This document shows positions 22,597-36,010 of a stretch of DNA of 64,000 nucleotides, piece after piece. Made by a program: the position numbers and the translations under genes. This DNA comes from Candidatus Eiseniibacteriota bacterium (GTDB taxonomy: Bacteria; Eisenbacteria; RBG-16-71-46; SZUA-252): contig OY969801.1 of NCBI GenBank assembly GCA_963703225.1, positions 2,976,001 to 3,040,000 of the forward strand, written 5' to 3'. The notes under the pieces are model-generated. The model was not told the DNA's origin, ran no database searches, and worked only from the letters and a program-made list of their open reading frames with translations. How positions within the stretch are numbered: position 1 is the first letter of the stretch; every line of letters begins with the position of its first letter.

Positions 22597-24323
22597 GTGC
22601 GGCTCTCCATGGGAATCGTCGCGCCCGAGCTGAGCGGATCGAGCTCCGCGCGAGCACTCGGGAGCTCCGGATGGGATGGCGCCGGCGTCCCGGCGCGCTG
22701 ACGGGATCTCTTCTCGATCTTGTCCAGTACTTGCAGGAACACGTCGACGATCGTCGGGTCGAAGGGGGTTCCCCAGTTCTCGGCGATCACCTGGCGCGCC
22801 TTCTCGGCGGGCAGCGCCCGGCGGTACGGGCGTTCGGCCGTCATCGCCACGTACCCGTCAACCAGGGAGACCACCCGCGCTCCGAGAGGGATTTCGGTGC
22901 CCCGGATGCCGCGCGGATATCCCTCGCCCCCCCATCGCTCGTGGTGGTTCAAGACGACCTCGACCACTTCCTTGGGCAGGTTCATCTCTTCCAGGATCTG
23001 CGCGCCCCGCGTCGGGTGCTGCTTGATGAGCGCCCACTCGTCGTCGGAAAGGTGCGCCGGATTCTTGAGGATCACGTGGCTGACGGTGATCATTCCGATG
23101 TCGCGAAGCACCGCGCCGTAGATGAGCGCCTTGAGCGATTCGCGCGGGTAATTGAGGAGCTTGGCGGTCGCGGTGACGTAGCGCACGACCCGCTCGGTGT
23201 TCCCCTTGGCGTAGGGGTCCCGGCTCTCGATGAGGGACATCATCCCCCGCACCAGGCCGAGGTTTCGGTCCTCCTGCGCGCGGTGGAAGCGCGCGTTGGC
23301 GATGGCGACGGCCCCTTGGTGGGCGAGCGTCGTCAGGAGGTCTCGCTCGTCCTCTTGAAATCCTCGCCGTCCGCCGCGACCGCCCAGGAGCAGTACTCCC
23401 TCCAGGTCGCGCCTCACCCAGAGAGCCACGCCCCACTCGAAGCCGGACTGGCGCAGCGCTTCCATGGTCTCTCCCGATCCTTCCGTGTCGCGGATGTCCG
23501 CCACACGGAAGAAGCTCTGCTCCGCCGCCACGCTCCGAAACGGCACCGGCGAGACCGCGAAGTCCTGGAAGTGGCCATGGGGGAAGCCGCGCACCTGCTT
23601 CGGAAGCAGCACTCCATCCCTCCGCGGATCGGAGAGAAAGATCGCCAGCCGATCGACGCCGAACTGTCCCATCACGCTCAGGCTGAAGAGATTCAGCACC
23701 TCCTCGACGTCGAGCGCGAGATTGAGGGCCCGCGTGATCTCGAAGAGGTTCCGGAACTCGACGATCTTGAGCTTGAGCTTGGACTGAAGGGATGCCACTT
23801 CGGGCAGGACCGAGACGGCCGTTCCTCCCGGCTGAGCCACCGCGGGCCGGGGCGCCGAACCGGCGGGGACCGATGGCGTCGCGGGCACGACCTCGAGCGC
23901 GGGGCGCGGCACGACCGGCGGCGTGGCGGACGGGCCGGCGGTCGCCGCCGGGGTCGCGGCGGAGGCCGTGGTGGCCGGTGCGGCCGGGCTCTGCGGCGGG
24001 GTGGACGATTCCTGCGCGTTCGGCTCGTAGAGGATCGCTTCCACCTCCGCGAGCGACGCGCGGATCTCAGCGCCCAGGCCGGCAACGTGGATCTTCCGCT
24101 CCGTCTCCTCGTACACCCGACCCTGACGCGCCAGGACGTTGCTGGCCAGGGTGCTGATCGAGGTCACGCGGCTGAAGTCGAGATGGACCGTGCGCGCGCC
24201 GCGGGCCTGGCACTCGAAGAGGAGCCGGTCGAGCGACCGGGCGCCCTGCGCGTCGATCACGCCCTCGAGAGCGAAACGAAACCGATCCCGCGACCCGACG
24301 CGTTCGATCTTGAGCGCTTTCAC
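22593..24323 (-). CDS. STAS-GAF-degenerate HD-GYP protein
   Basis: N-terminal STAS-like (VHLDFSRVTSIST). HD motif reads LRDIG, the first His reads KGNTER, GYP is retained (GEGYPRG). Confidence 0.82.
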   Translation of the reverse strand: MKALKIERVGSRDRFRFALEGVIDAQGARSLDRLLFECQARGARTVHLDFSRVTSISTLASNVLARQGRVYEETERKIHVAGLGAEIRASLAEVEAILYEPNAQESSTPPQSPAAPATTASAATPAATAGPSATPPVVPRPALEVVPATPSVPAGSAPRPAVAQPGGTAVSVLPEVASLQSKLKLKIVEFRNLFEITRALNLALDVEEVLNLFSLSVMGQFGVDRLAIFLSDPRRDGVLLPKQVRGFPHGHFQDFAVSPVPFRSVAAEQSFFRVADIRDTEGSGETMEALRQSGFEWGVALWVRRDLEGVLLLGGRGGRRGFQEDERDLLTTLAHQGAVAIANARFHRAQEDRNLGLVRGMMSLIESRDPYAKGNTERVVRYVTATAKLLNYPRESLKALIYGAVLRDIGMITVSHVILKNPAHLSDDEWALIKQHPTRGAQILEEMNLPKEVVEVVLNHHERWGGEGYPRGIRGTEIPLGARVVSLVDGYVAMTAERPYRRALPAEKARQVIAENWGTPFDPTIVDVFLQVLDKIEKRSRQRAGTPAPSHPELPSARAELDPLSSGATIPMESRT

Positions 24324-26026
24324 TCGGACTTGGCCTCCGTTCCGTCCTCTTCGCGCCTCAACCGGCGGACCAGCGCGCTCGGGTTCAATACGAGGATCAC
24401 CGTGGAATCGGGCGAGACGATTCCGCCGAGCACTTCGTCCACCGGACAGAGCCGCGACGGAAGCGCGCTGAGCCGTGCGTTCTCGCGCCAGACGATTCGA
24501 TCAAATCCGACGACCACCGCTCCCCCGCCACAGCGGAGGATCGCGAGCGGCCGGTTCTTCGCTTTCAGGCCGTCGCTCTCGATCCCCGACTCGCTGGCCG
24601 CGGCCGCTCCGCCGTAGACGGCGGCCTCCGCGTCGCCCAGGATTCCACGACCAAAGAGCGCCCCCAGCGGATGAACCGGACCGCGCACCACGCTCCCGCT
24701 CCACTGAAGCTCGTCCTCGGTCGCGTGGATCCGCTCCACGGCGCTCCAGGGCAGCGCGATCCGCTGCCCGGCCGCTTCAACAATGAGGAAGCTCCGGAGC
24801 GAGCGGGCCATCGGAAACTGAATCCGGAGGGACGCGATGTCGGTTCCTCCTCCCTGAACGCAGACAAATCCGCCGAGCCCCTCGAGCGCCGTTTCCAGCT
24901 GGGCGATCCCCACGGGATCGAAGGCGAGAAATCCCTCGATCGCGAGTCGAGCCTCCAGCCCCTCCCGGGCCGCGTTCACCCGGATCTCCACCGGCCCTTC
25001 ATCGGTGTCGGAGGGCTTCGCCGTCTCGAGGAGGCGCAGGATCAAAGGAAGCAGGATCGATCCGATCTCGGGCTCGAAGCCAACCCCGCCCGTATGGACC
25101 GTCAGGACCGGGGACCGTGCCCCGTCCGAGCGCCTGGAGACCGCGGTGTACATGTCGTCGACGAAGCGATCGAGCGGGTCGAGAAACTCCCAGAGCAGAT
25201 GCTCGTCCAGATCCCGCGCGCGCCTCTCGAGCGAGTACTGGAGCCCCAGAAGGTGGTTCATCTCGTGCGAGAGCGTGCGGAGCCCGGAGGCCGCCTCCTG
25301 AAGCTGCTGGTGCACGGAGAGCGTGCGGCCATCGTGGGATTCGGGCGAGCGCGACGCGCCCCCCGACATCCGCCGCCGCTCGGCCCCCTTCACGTGGACC
25401 TCCCAGTCGGAGAGCGCGGCCTGGAGCGAGCGGAGCGTCGAGTCCAGCGTTTCGTTCATGGAGCCGATCCGCTCGTTCTGGTGGACGAGCGCGCTCTTGA
25501 TCTCGAACGTCAGGGCGAGGAGATTCTCGTGCGGCCCGACGTCGGGGGTCGACTCGTCGATCACGCCGCGCGACGCCGCCATGGCCTGGGCTTTCGCCCG
25601 GGTCATCCCGTTCCGCAGGCTGTCGATGGCATCGCCGACCATCCCCGCGTGCGCGAGGAGCGCGCCGAATCCGTCCGTACGAAGCTTCTCAGCGAGCTTC
25701 GCCTCGGCCTCCAATGCCACGTTGCAGTGGGCCACCATTTCCTGGCGCTGGGTCGGGCGGAGCTGGTCGAGCTGGGACAGCGTCTCCCGCAGCTCCAGCG
25801 CGAGATTCGCGACCTCGGTCAGCTCCAGCCACTCGGCGCTCCGCTCCACCAGGCGCACGGCGAGGTCGACGATGGGGGTCATCTCGCTGGACTCGAGATC
25901 GACCTGCTCGCTCTCGAGGAAGCGCCTCACGACCTCGATCTGTTCCTTGATCAGGGCGCTGAAGGTCGCGCTCAAGCGCGACATGATCTGGGCGTGGCTC
26001 AGGTGCTCGGAAGCGGCGGTTCGCAT
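24320..26026 (-). CDS. Degenerate CheA-like protein (pseudokinase) with C-terminal CheW domain
   Basis: HPt-like helix RLVERSAEWLELTEVANLALEL without His; LLPLILRLLETA at the N-box; LEGLGGFV; IQFPMARSLRSFLIVEAAGQRIALPWSAVERI. Confidence 0.75.
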   Translation of the reverse strand: MRTAASEHLSHAQIMSRLSATFSALIKEQIEVVRRFLESEQVDLESSEMTPIVDLAVRLVERSAEWLELTEVANLALELRETLSQLDQLRPTQRQEMVAHCNVALEAEAKLAEKLRTDGFGALLAHAGMVGDAIDSLRNGMTRAKAQAMAASRGVIDESTPDVGPHENLLALTFEIKSALVHQNERIGSMNETLDSTLRSLQAALSDWEVHVKGAERRRMSGGASRSPESHDGRTLSVHQQLQEAASGLRTLSHEMNHLLGLQYSLERRARDLDEHLLWEFLDPLDRFVDDMYTAVSRRSDGARSPVLTVHTGGVGFEPEIGSILLPLILRLLETAKPSDTDEGPVEIRVNAAREGLEARLAIEGFLAFDPVGIAQLETALEGLGGFVCVQGGGTDIASLRIQFPMARSLRSFLIVEAAGQRIALPWSAVERIHATEDELQWSGSVVRGPVHPLGALFGRGILGDAEAAVYGGAAAASESGIESDGLKAKNRPLAILRCGGGAVVVGFDRIVWRENARLSALPSRLCPVDEVLGGIVSPDSTVILVLNPSALVRRLRREEDGTEAKSE

Positions 26027-26057
26027 TCGCCTGAGTTCCTCCGCGTGTCTTTCTGGG

Positions 26058-27548
26058 TCAGCTCGGGTACCCGGGCGCCGGCTTCAGGCGCTCGAGCATA
26101 AGGATGTGTTCGGGCGGCGCGTCGTCCCGCGGCGATGCCTGAAGCGGGGGCTCTGGCGCCAGATCCGAGGCCATCTCGATCGGCGGTGGTACCTCCCGCA
26201 TGGGCGCGTTCTCGTCGTCTTGCGTCTCATCCGCGCGGGACGGGTACGCGACCTCATCCAAACGGCTGGCGCGCTCGATCTGGAACGTCGAGGCGTCTCC
26301 ATAGTCCGGCGATCCGCCTCCGGAGCCGCCCGCCGTGCCGCCACCGTCGTTGCCGCCATCGTTGCCGCCACCGTCGTTGCCGCCGCGGTCGCTGCCGCCA
26401 CCGGCGCCGCGCGCCGATGAAGTGGCCGCGGTCAAAGTCTGCCGCACTTCGCGGGCACGCTGGAGCAGCGCCTCGACGGAATCGAGGTGCGTCGGCGGGA
26501 GCGAGAGCGTGGGCGGGGGCGACCCGGAGAGGGCGGCGATGCCCATCTTGGCGTCCTCGCTCGTCGAGTGGATGGCGGTGATCGTCTCCCCCACCTTGTA
26601 TTCGATTTCGCTCGCAAGTCTGGAGATCGTGTCCGTCGCTTCGCGCGCGAACTCGGCGAGACGGCGCGTCTCCTCCGCGATGGCGGCGAAGGCTTCGCTC
26701 CCCGATCGGGTCGCTTCCAGCGCGGCATTCAGCGCGAGCAGCGTGGCGCGGTTGGTGACGCGCTCCGCCACCGAAGCCAGCTCGTTGGCCCTCATGAGCC
26801 CGGCCGCCAGATCCTCAATCCCGTCGGCCGCGGTGTGCACCACCTCGTCGACCAGCTGCGCCGGGGTCCGCGAGGCGCCATCCGAGGAGGGCGACACGGA
26901 GACCGCGGGGATGGGCCGCGAGAGCATCCGGGTGAGCGACTCCAGCCCGGAGATCAGCGCGTCGATGCCGCGCAGCGCCTCCGCGCGGACGCGGGGGTCG
27001 AACGCCGGTGGATCGTTCGCGTCGGCCGGCCACGGCTCCGGGAGAGGAACGCCGTCCACCCCCACCAGCTCGGCCTCGTCAATCGCGATGCGGCTCACCA
27101 CCGGTCCCGAAGCGCTCGCTTCGCGAGCCGCCTGGAGGAGCGCGTTGAGCGGCCCGAGCCCCAGCTCCGACACGGCGGTCAGCGGGTCTCGCCCACCCTT
27201 GTAGCTCGACGTGGCCACCTCGATTTGGCGACGCAGCGACTCCAGCTCGAGGAGGGCGGGCCCGGCGGTCTTCTTGTCCTCCTCCAGCTCGCGGATCTGA
27301 CGGCGAAGCGCGACGTCGATGTGCTCGCTCGGCGCCTTCACCAGCACCAGGGCCGAAGCGCCGCCGAGAACGGCGAGGACGCCGGCGGCCACCCAACCGG
27401 CCGTTCCCGGTACGAGATGACCCGCGGCCCCTGCCACGAGCGAGGCGAAGACGGTGACACCGAGGACGGCCCAGGGAGGCGAGGCCTCCTCCGCGCGCCG
27501 GCTCTCACGCCGGGTGTTCGGGCTCTTGTCGCGCAGGGTCTCTGCCAT
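26058..27548 (-). CDS. Atypical MCP-like chemoreceptor (2 adjacent TMs, short signalling hairpin, acidic tail)
   Basis: VTNRATLLALNAALEATRSGSEAFAAIAEETRRLA, a divergent MCP tip. Confidence 0.82.
   Translation of the reverse strand: MAETLRDKSPNTRRESRRAEEASPPWAVLGVTVFASLVAGAAGHLVPGTAGWVAAGVLAVLGGASALVLVKAPSEHIDVALRRQIRELEEDKKTAGPALLELESLRRQIEVATSSYKGGRDPLTAVSELGLGPLNALLQAAREASASGPVVSRIAIDEAELVGVDGVPLPEPWPADANDPPAFDPRVRAEALRGIDALISGLESLTRMLSRPIPAVSVSPSSDGASRTPAQLVDEVVHTAADGIEDLAAGLMRANELASVAERVTNRATLLALNAALEATRSGSEAFAAIAEETRRLAEFAREATDTISRLASEIEYKVGETITAIHSTSEDAKMGIAALSGSPPPTLSLPPTHLDSVEALLQRAREVRQTLTAATSSARGAGGGSDRGGNDGGGNDGGNDGGGTAGGSGGGSPDYGDASTFQIERASRLDEVAYPSRADETQDDENAPMREVPPPIEMASDLAPEPPLQASPRDDAPPEHILMLERLKPAPGYPS
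26336..26400. repeat. Short tandem repeat encoding GGND/GGGND within the MCP-like gene
   Basis: Repeated cgtcgttgccgcca-like units on the + strand. Confidence 0.7.
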
Positions 27549-27561
27549 GTTCAGGGCCTCC

Positions 27562-28050
27562 TCAATGGCCGGCCGCGGAGGGCGGAGTAGCCCCCGACGG
27601 CGGCATGATGGAATCGATGATCGACCAGTAGTTGAGGCAGTGGATCCGGAGATCGCCCGATTCGAAGACCGACTGGATCATCGATGCGAGTTCGGGGTCG
27701 GCGGCCGAGAGCTCCGCTTCGCGCAGCTCCTTGGCGGGAACCAGGTGCGGAATTTCGGGAATCATCACCCCGAAGCGATCGGTGCCCCGCGTCAGGACGA
27801 GCGCGTAAGAGGAGTTGATCGATCGCGCCCCATCCAACCCGAGGTAGTTGGCGATCTCGAACGTGGGGACCATCGTCCCACGGAACGCGATGACGCCCGA
27901 GAGAGGCTCGCGCTGATGCGGCAGCGGGGCGGGGTGGTCTGCTTGCATCAAACCAGCCACCTCCTCGACACGCGCCCCAAACCAGATGCCTCCGAGGCAG
28001 TAGGCGAGGACGCCGCGCGTCCTATCGCTCACCGCCGACTCGCTGCGCAT
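27562..28050 (-). CDS. CheW-domain protein
   Basis: FGARVEEVAG...LSGVIAFRGTMVPTFEIANYLG; ATG 28050 with GGAGGGAG RBS. Confidence 0.85.
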   Translation of the reverse strand: MRSESAVSDRTRGVLAYCLGGIWFGARVEEVAGLMQADHPAPLPHQREPLSGVIAFRGTMVPTFEIANYLGLDGARSINSSYALVLTRGTDRFGVMIPEIPHLVPAKELREAELSAADPELASMIQSVFESGDLRIHCLNYWSIIDSIMPPSGATPPSAAGH

Positions 28051-28101
28051 CGTCGACTCCCTCCGTGAACCCAAGGACCCCGTAAAGTGTTGTCAGACAA
28101 C

Positions 28102-28116
28102 GCAAGTAGCGTGCCA
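28102..28116 (-). promoter_or_regulatory. Sigma54 promoter of the cheW-mcp-pseudo-cheA operon
   Basis: Minus strand TGGCACGCTACTTGC matches consensus TGGCAC-N5-TTGC. Confidence 0.8.
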
Positions 28117-28152
28117 CGAGTGGCTCATCCGAGCCGTATCTAATCCCATGTG

Positions 28153-28165
28153 AATCAACGTGTTA
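28153..28165. promoter_or_regulatory. IHF-like binding site
   Basis: AATCAACGTGTTA matches WATCAANNNNTTR, ~40 bp upstream of the sigma54 site. Confidence 0.65.
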
Positions 28166-28420
28166 GGTCTTGTAACCAGGGCTCGTTCGGGGGCCTCCCG
28201 GCCACCCTTCCCCACTTTCCATCGGGCACGATGCAAACCGGCCCGCATCCCGCAATCCCTTGAGCCCCCAAGCCCTGGGTCCTTCAACCCGCTATTTCGG
28301 CTGAAAGAAACCAGTTCCTGAGCCAAATCGGCCTCGCGGCGGACGGAAAATTTTCAGCCGGTCTGACTAAATAATTGCGGCTCTTTGGATTGGATCAGGG
28401 CCCTCGGGCCCACTTCGGGG

Positions 28421-28435
28421 CGGCATGGAGGATGC
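28421..28435 (+). promoter_or_regulatory. Possible divergent sigma54 promoter
   Basis: CGGCATGGAGGATGC (GG-N10-GC), ~95 nt before ATG 28530. Confidence 0.4.
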
Positions 28436-28529
28436 ATGACAGGGTGGTCGGATGTTGCGAGATGGGTCTTCTAAGGGGACCCCAGGAAGTTGATCTCAAC
28501 GCAGGAACGACGGAGAGCTGAGGTAAGCC

Positions 28530-29309
28530 ATGACGGCAGCCCGCAAGTATCTAGCGAGCAAGACGAACCCACGGAAGGTGCGGCCCACCGCGTACGTTGC
28601 GATCAACTGCCTCTTGCTGACGAAAGCCAGCGGGACCCCCAAGAACGGCGACCCGCTCCCTCAAGAGGACGTGGACGCGTACCTCGCCGCGCTCAAGGAT
28701 CAGATCGAAGCGCACGTTCCGCTTCCTCCCGAACGCTCGCGCCTGCTCTCGCGCTATGACGTTGCCGCCTGGAGGCGGCTGGCCGGCGCGCAGCGCGGCG
28801 CGCTTCGCTACAAGATCTACCGGACGCCGGAAGATCTACTGCTCGTCTCGGTCGGCCACTTTGAGCACAACGGCCCGCACGTCCCCAATCGCCGCGAGGG
28901 AATCATCACCGGCGAAGAGGCCGACGTGGGCCGGAGCCCGAACTGGTACCACTTCTCCTATACGTACGGTGAGCTGCTGGAGAATCCAACCGCTGCCATG
29001 GGCGGGCTCCTCGAAAAGCTGACGATGGCCGTCGAGCGCTACCACAAGATGCTCTCGCACATGCGCGGGGAGTACTGGAGCTTCTCGAAGCGCTTCAAGC
29101 GCGCCCAGGTACTGCGCATCGAGCGGAGCGTTGACGAGGAGGCCCGCGAGGAGACGCTGCGGGCGATGCAGGATCAACTCCTCGACGCCTATTCGGAGTG
29201 GAAGCGGACCGGCGAGCGGAAGCACCTGGATCAGATCCGGGGGCTGACCCGCGAGATCCGGCTTCTATCCCCTGACTTTCAGTTTTCGCTACCGGCGGGA
29301 GGCGCATAG
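28530..29309 (+). CDS. Hypothetical soluble protein (259 aa)
   Basis: GAGGT RBS and GC3-biased codons; no family recognised. Confidence 0.8.
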   Translation: MTAARKYLASKTNPRKVRPTAYVAINCLLLTKASGTPKNGDPLPQEDVDAYLAALKDQIEAHVPLPPERSRLLSRYDVAAWRRLAGAQRGALRYKIYRTPEDLLLVSVGHFEHNGPHVPNRREGIITGEEADVGRSPNWYHFSYTYGELLENPTAAMGGLLEKLTMAVERYHKMLSHMRGEYWSFSKRFKRAQVLRIERSVDEEAREETLRAMQDQLLDAYSEWKRTGERKHLDQIRGLTREIRLLSPDFQFSLPAGGA

Positions 29310-29391
29310 CCGGAGCGACATCGATCCCCCCGCGTGCCCTTCGGCCCCCGACCCGACGCTTTACCGGAGGGCACGCACCCCCCCTGCACAC

Positions 29392-29421
29392 CGATAGCCG
29401 GCGCCGTAAGGCCGGCTATCG
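29392..29421. terminator. Hairpin between convergent genes
   Basis: CGATAGCCGGC-N8-GCCGGCTATCG, perfect 11-bp stem. Confidence 0.6.
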
Positions 29422-29455
29422 CACTTTGTGCGATCGCCCGGCGCCGCGAGGCGGG

Positions 29456-31637
<2,182 letters not shown>

Positions 31638-31755
31638 GGGATTGGAATGCTCCTTACGGAAAGGCGGCCGGAACGCGCCGGCCTGCCGGCACTTGGACGT
31701 GGTAGCCGCGCAGTTTACGTGGAACTCGCGGGGGGTGTCAATCGGGGAGCCCTCC

Positions 31756-31785
31756 TTGACAGCCCCGAGCCGGGGCTCGTAGAGT
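31756..31785 (+). promoter_or_regulatory. Sigma70 promoter of the tRNA
   Basis: TTGACA-N18-TAGAGT. Confidence 0.65.
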
Positions 31786-31797
31786 TCGGCGCTCGGC

Positions 31798-31872
31798 GGC
31801 GGTGTAGCTCAGCGGTAGAGCAGGAGAATCATAATCTCTTGGTCCGGGGTTCGAATCCCTGCGCCGCCACCA
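31798..31872 (+). tRNA. tRNA with CAT anticodon, probably elongator Met
   Basis: Cloverleaf: acceptor GGCGGTG/CGCCGCC, D arm GCTC/GAGC, anticodon loop ATCATAA, TTCGAAT, encoded CCA. G1-C72 pairing excludes the initiator tRNA. Confidence 0.95.
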
Positions 31873-31931
31873 ACTTACCCCCTCCGCACGCGGTCGAGGG
31901 TCCTCCATCCCCGAGGCGCTATACTCCTCCC

Positions 31932-32999
31932 ATGAGACCCAATCCTCGCGACCAAACGCTCGAGTACTTCGCCAGCCGGCTCATCCGGACGGAACGGCTC
32001 CTGCCAGCCCGGGGCCCGATCCTGGTCGCCGTCTCGGGCGGCCCCGACTCGATCGCCCTCTATCACTTCCTCGCGGAATACGACGGGGGCGAAACGATCG
32101 GGTCCCGCGTGATCGTGGCCCACGTGAACCACGGATTTCGCGGCGCCGAATCGGACGAGGACGCTCGGTTCGTCCGCGCCATCGCGGAGAACGGGGGACA
32201 CGCGTTCGTGGAATCGCGGCTCGACCCGCTCCCCTCTCCCTCGGAGGAAAGCGCCCGGCTCGCGCGATACGTGGCGCTGGGCGAGTTGGCCGATCGCGTG
32301 GGGGCCGACCGCGTATTCACCGCGCACACCGCGGACGATCAGGCCGAGACGGTGCTCTTCCGCCTCTTGCGCGGCGCGGGTCTCCGCGGCCTCGCCGGCA
32401 TGCCGATTCGAGGCCGAGTCCGGGGCGTCCGGGTAGTCCGTCCGTTTCTTGATACGACGCGGGGCCAGGTCCTCGACTACGTCGCCCGCCACGAGCTTCG
32501 CTACCGCGTCGACTCGTCCAACCAGAGCAGCGAGCCGATCCGCAACTTTCTCCGGCTCGAGATCCTGCCCCGAATTCGGGCGCGCATGAACGAGTCGGCG
32601 CGCGAGGCGATCCTCCGGGGGGCCGCCGCCATCCGCGAAGCCGAGGACTATTTCTCGGGGGAGTCGCGCCGGCTCCTGCCCCTGCTCCTAAGGCCAGACG
32701 GCGAGGGAAAGATCTCGCTTGATGCCGCGCGCCTGCTCGACTACCCTAAGCCCTTGAGAAGCTATCTGTTCCGCGACGCCGTACAGGAGCTGAACGGGGA
32801 CGTCCGCAACCTGGCCGCAACGCACATCGACGCCCTCCTCTCCCTCGTCACGACCCCCAGTGGCCGTTCGGTCGATCTCCCGGGAGGCATCCGGGCCCGG
32901 CGGGAGCGGGGACGCGTGCATCTGGAGCTCCGGATTTCCGAATCGACGGGGCGGAACGCACCATCCAAAACTGGAGAGCCTCGGCATCCCTGCCGATAG
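31932..32999 (+). CDS. tilS: tRNA(Ile)-lysidine synthetase
   Basis: [35 protein letters not shown]. Confidence 0.95.
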   Translation: MRPNPRDQTLEYFASRLIRTERLLPARGPILVAVSGGPDSIALYHFLAEYDGGETIGSRVIVAHVNHGFRGAESDEDARFVRAIAENGGHAFVESRLDPLPSPSEESARLARYVALGELADRVGADRVFTAHTADDQAETVLFRLLRGAGLRGLAGMPIRGRVRGVRVVRPFLDTTRGQVLDYVARHELRYRVDSSNQSSEPIRNFLRLEILPRIRARMNESAREAILRGAAAIREAEDYFSGESRRLLPLLLRPDGEGKISLDAARLLDYPKPLRSYLFRDAVQELNGDVRNLAATHIDALLSLVTTPSGRSVDLPGGIRARRERGRVHLELRISESTGRNAPSKTGEPRHPCR

Positions 33000-33051
33000 G
33001 TCACAGAGGAATTTCCGGCACGTGAATCCCCACGAACATCGAGGAGACAAC

Positions 33052-35133
<2,082 letters not shown>

Positions 35134-35137
35134 GACC

Positions 35138-36010
35138 GTGATCTTTAGCCACCGCCTCGGTTCCTGGGACCTCTCCCAGCGGGCGCGCGTGGTGGGTATC
35201 CTCAACGTGACCCCCGATTCCTTCTCGGACGGGGGTCGCTTTCTTGCTCCCGACCAAGCGATCGCGCACGCGGAAGCGATGGTGGAGGCGGGCGCCGACG
35301 CCATCGACGTGGGCGGCCAGAGCACGCGCCCCGGCGCCGCCGAGCCGGTCGGACCCGACGCGGAATGGGAGCGGATCGCCCCCGTCTTGGACGCGCTCTC
35401 GAACCGCCTCCGCGTTCCCCTCTCGGTCGACACCTACTGGGGCGAGGTGGCCCGCCGGGCGCTGGACCACGGCGTCGCGATGGTCAATGACGTGAGCGGG
35501 CTGGGCGTCGATCCCACGATCGCCGATCACGCGGCCAAGGCGGGCGCCGGGCTCATCTTGATGCACTCGATCGGCGCCCCTTCCCAGCTCCACGAGAAGC
35601 GCGAGTATCGCGACGTCGCGGCCGAGGTGCGCGGCTTCTTGGAGGCGAGGCTTCAGGAGGCGGAACGGCGAGGCGTTCCCCGCGAGCGGATCGCCCTCGA
35701 CCCCGGCATCGGGTTCGGGAAGCGCGCGGAACAGAGCATCGAGGCCCTGCGGGGGCTTCCGCTCTTGACCTCGCTGGGTCGTCCCCTGTACATCGGAGTG
35801 TCGCGGAAGTCGTTCCTCCGCGAGTGGGGCGGGCCTTCCGTCGAGGGCCGCCTGGCGGCCGGGCTCGGCGCGACCGTGGCCGCCTACGGGCTCGGCGGCC
35901 GGATCTTCCGCACCCACGACGTTCGGGAAACGCGGGATGCCCTCCGGTCAGCCGAGGCGATCCTGTCCCCCGCCCACGAGACCGTACCGCGCTTGGAGAC
36001 CCGGACGTGA
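35138..36010 (+). CDS. folP: Dihydropteroate synthase
   Basis: GILNVTPDSFSDGG, DVGGQSTRPG, DPGIGFGK, SRKS, RTHDV. Confidence 0.96.
   Translation: MIFSHRLGSWDLSQRARVVGILNVTPDSFSDGGRFLAPDQAIAHAEAMVEAGADAIDVGGQSTRPGAAEPVGPDAEWERIAPVLDALSNRLRVPLSVDTYWGEVARRALDHGVAMVNDVSGLGVDPTIADHAAKAGAGLILMHSIGAPSQLHEKREYRDVAAEVRGFLEARLQEAERRGVPRERIALDPGIGFGKRAEQSIEALRGLPLLTSLGRPLYIGVSRKSFLREWGGPSVEGRLAAGLGATVAAYGLGGRIFRTHDVRETRDALRSAEAILSPAHETVPRLETRT

Noticed and set aside
29418..29434. ATCGCAC-TTT-GTGCGAT as a second LexA box
   Set aside because: Wrong spacer (N3), and it lies between convergent gene ends.
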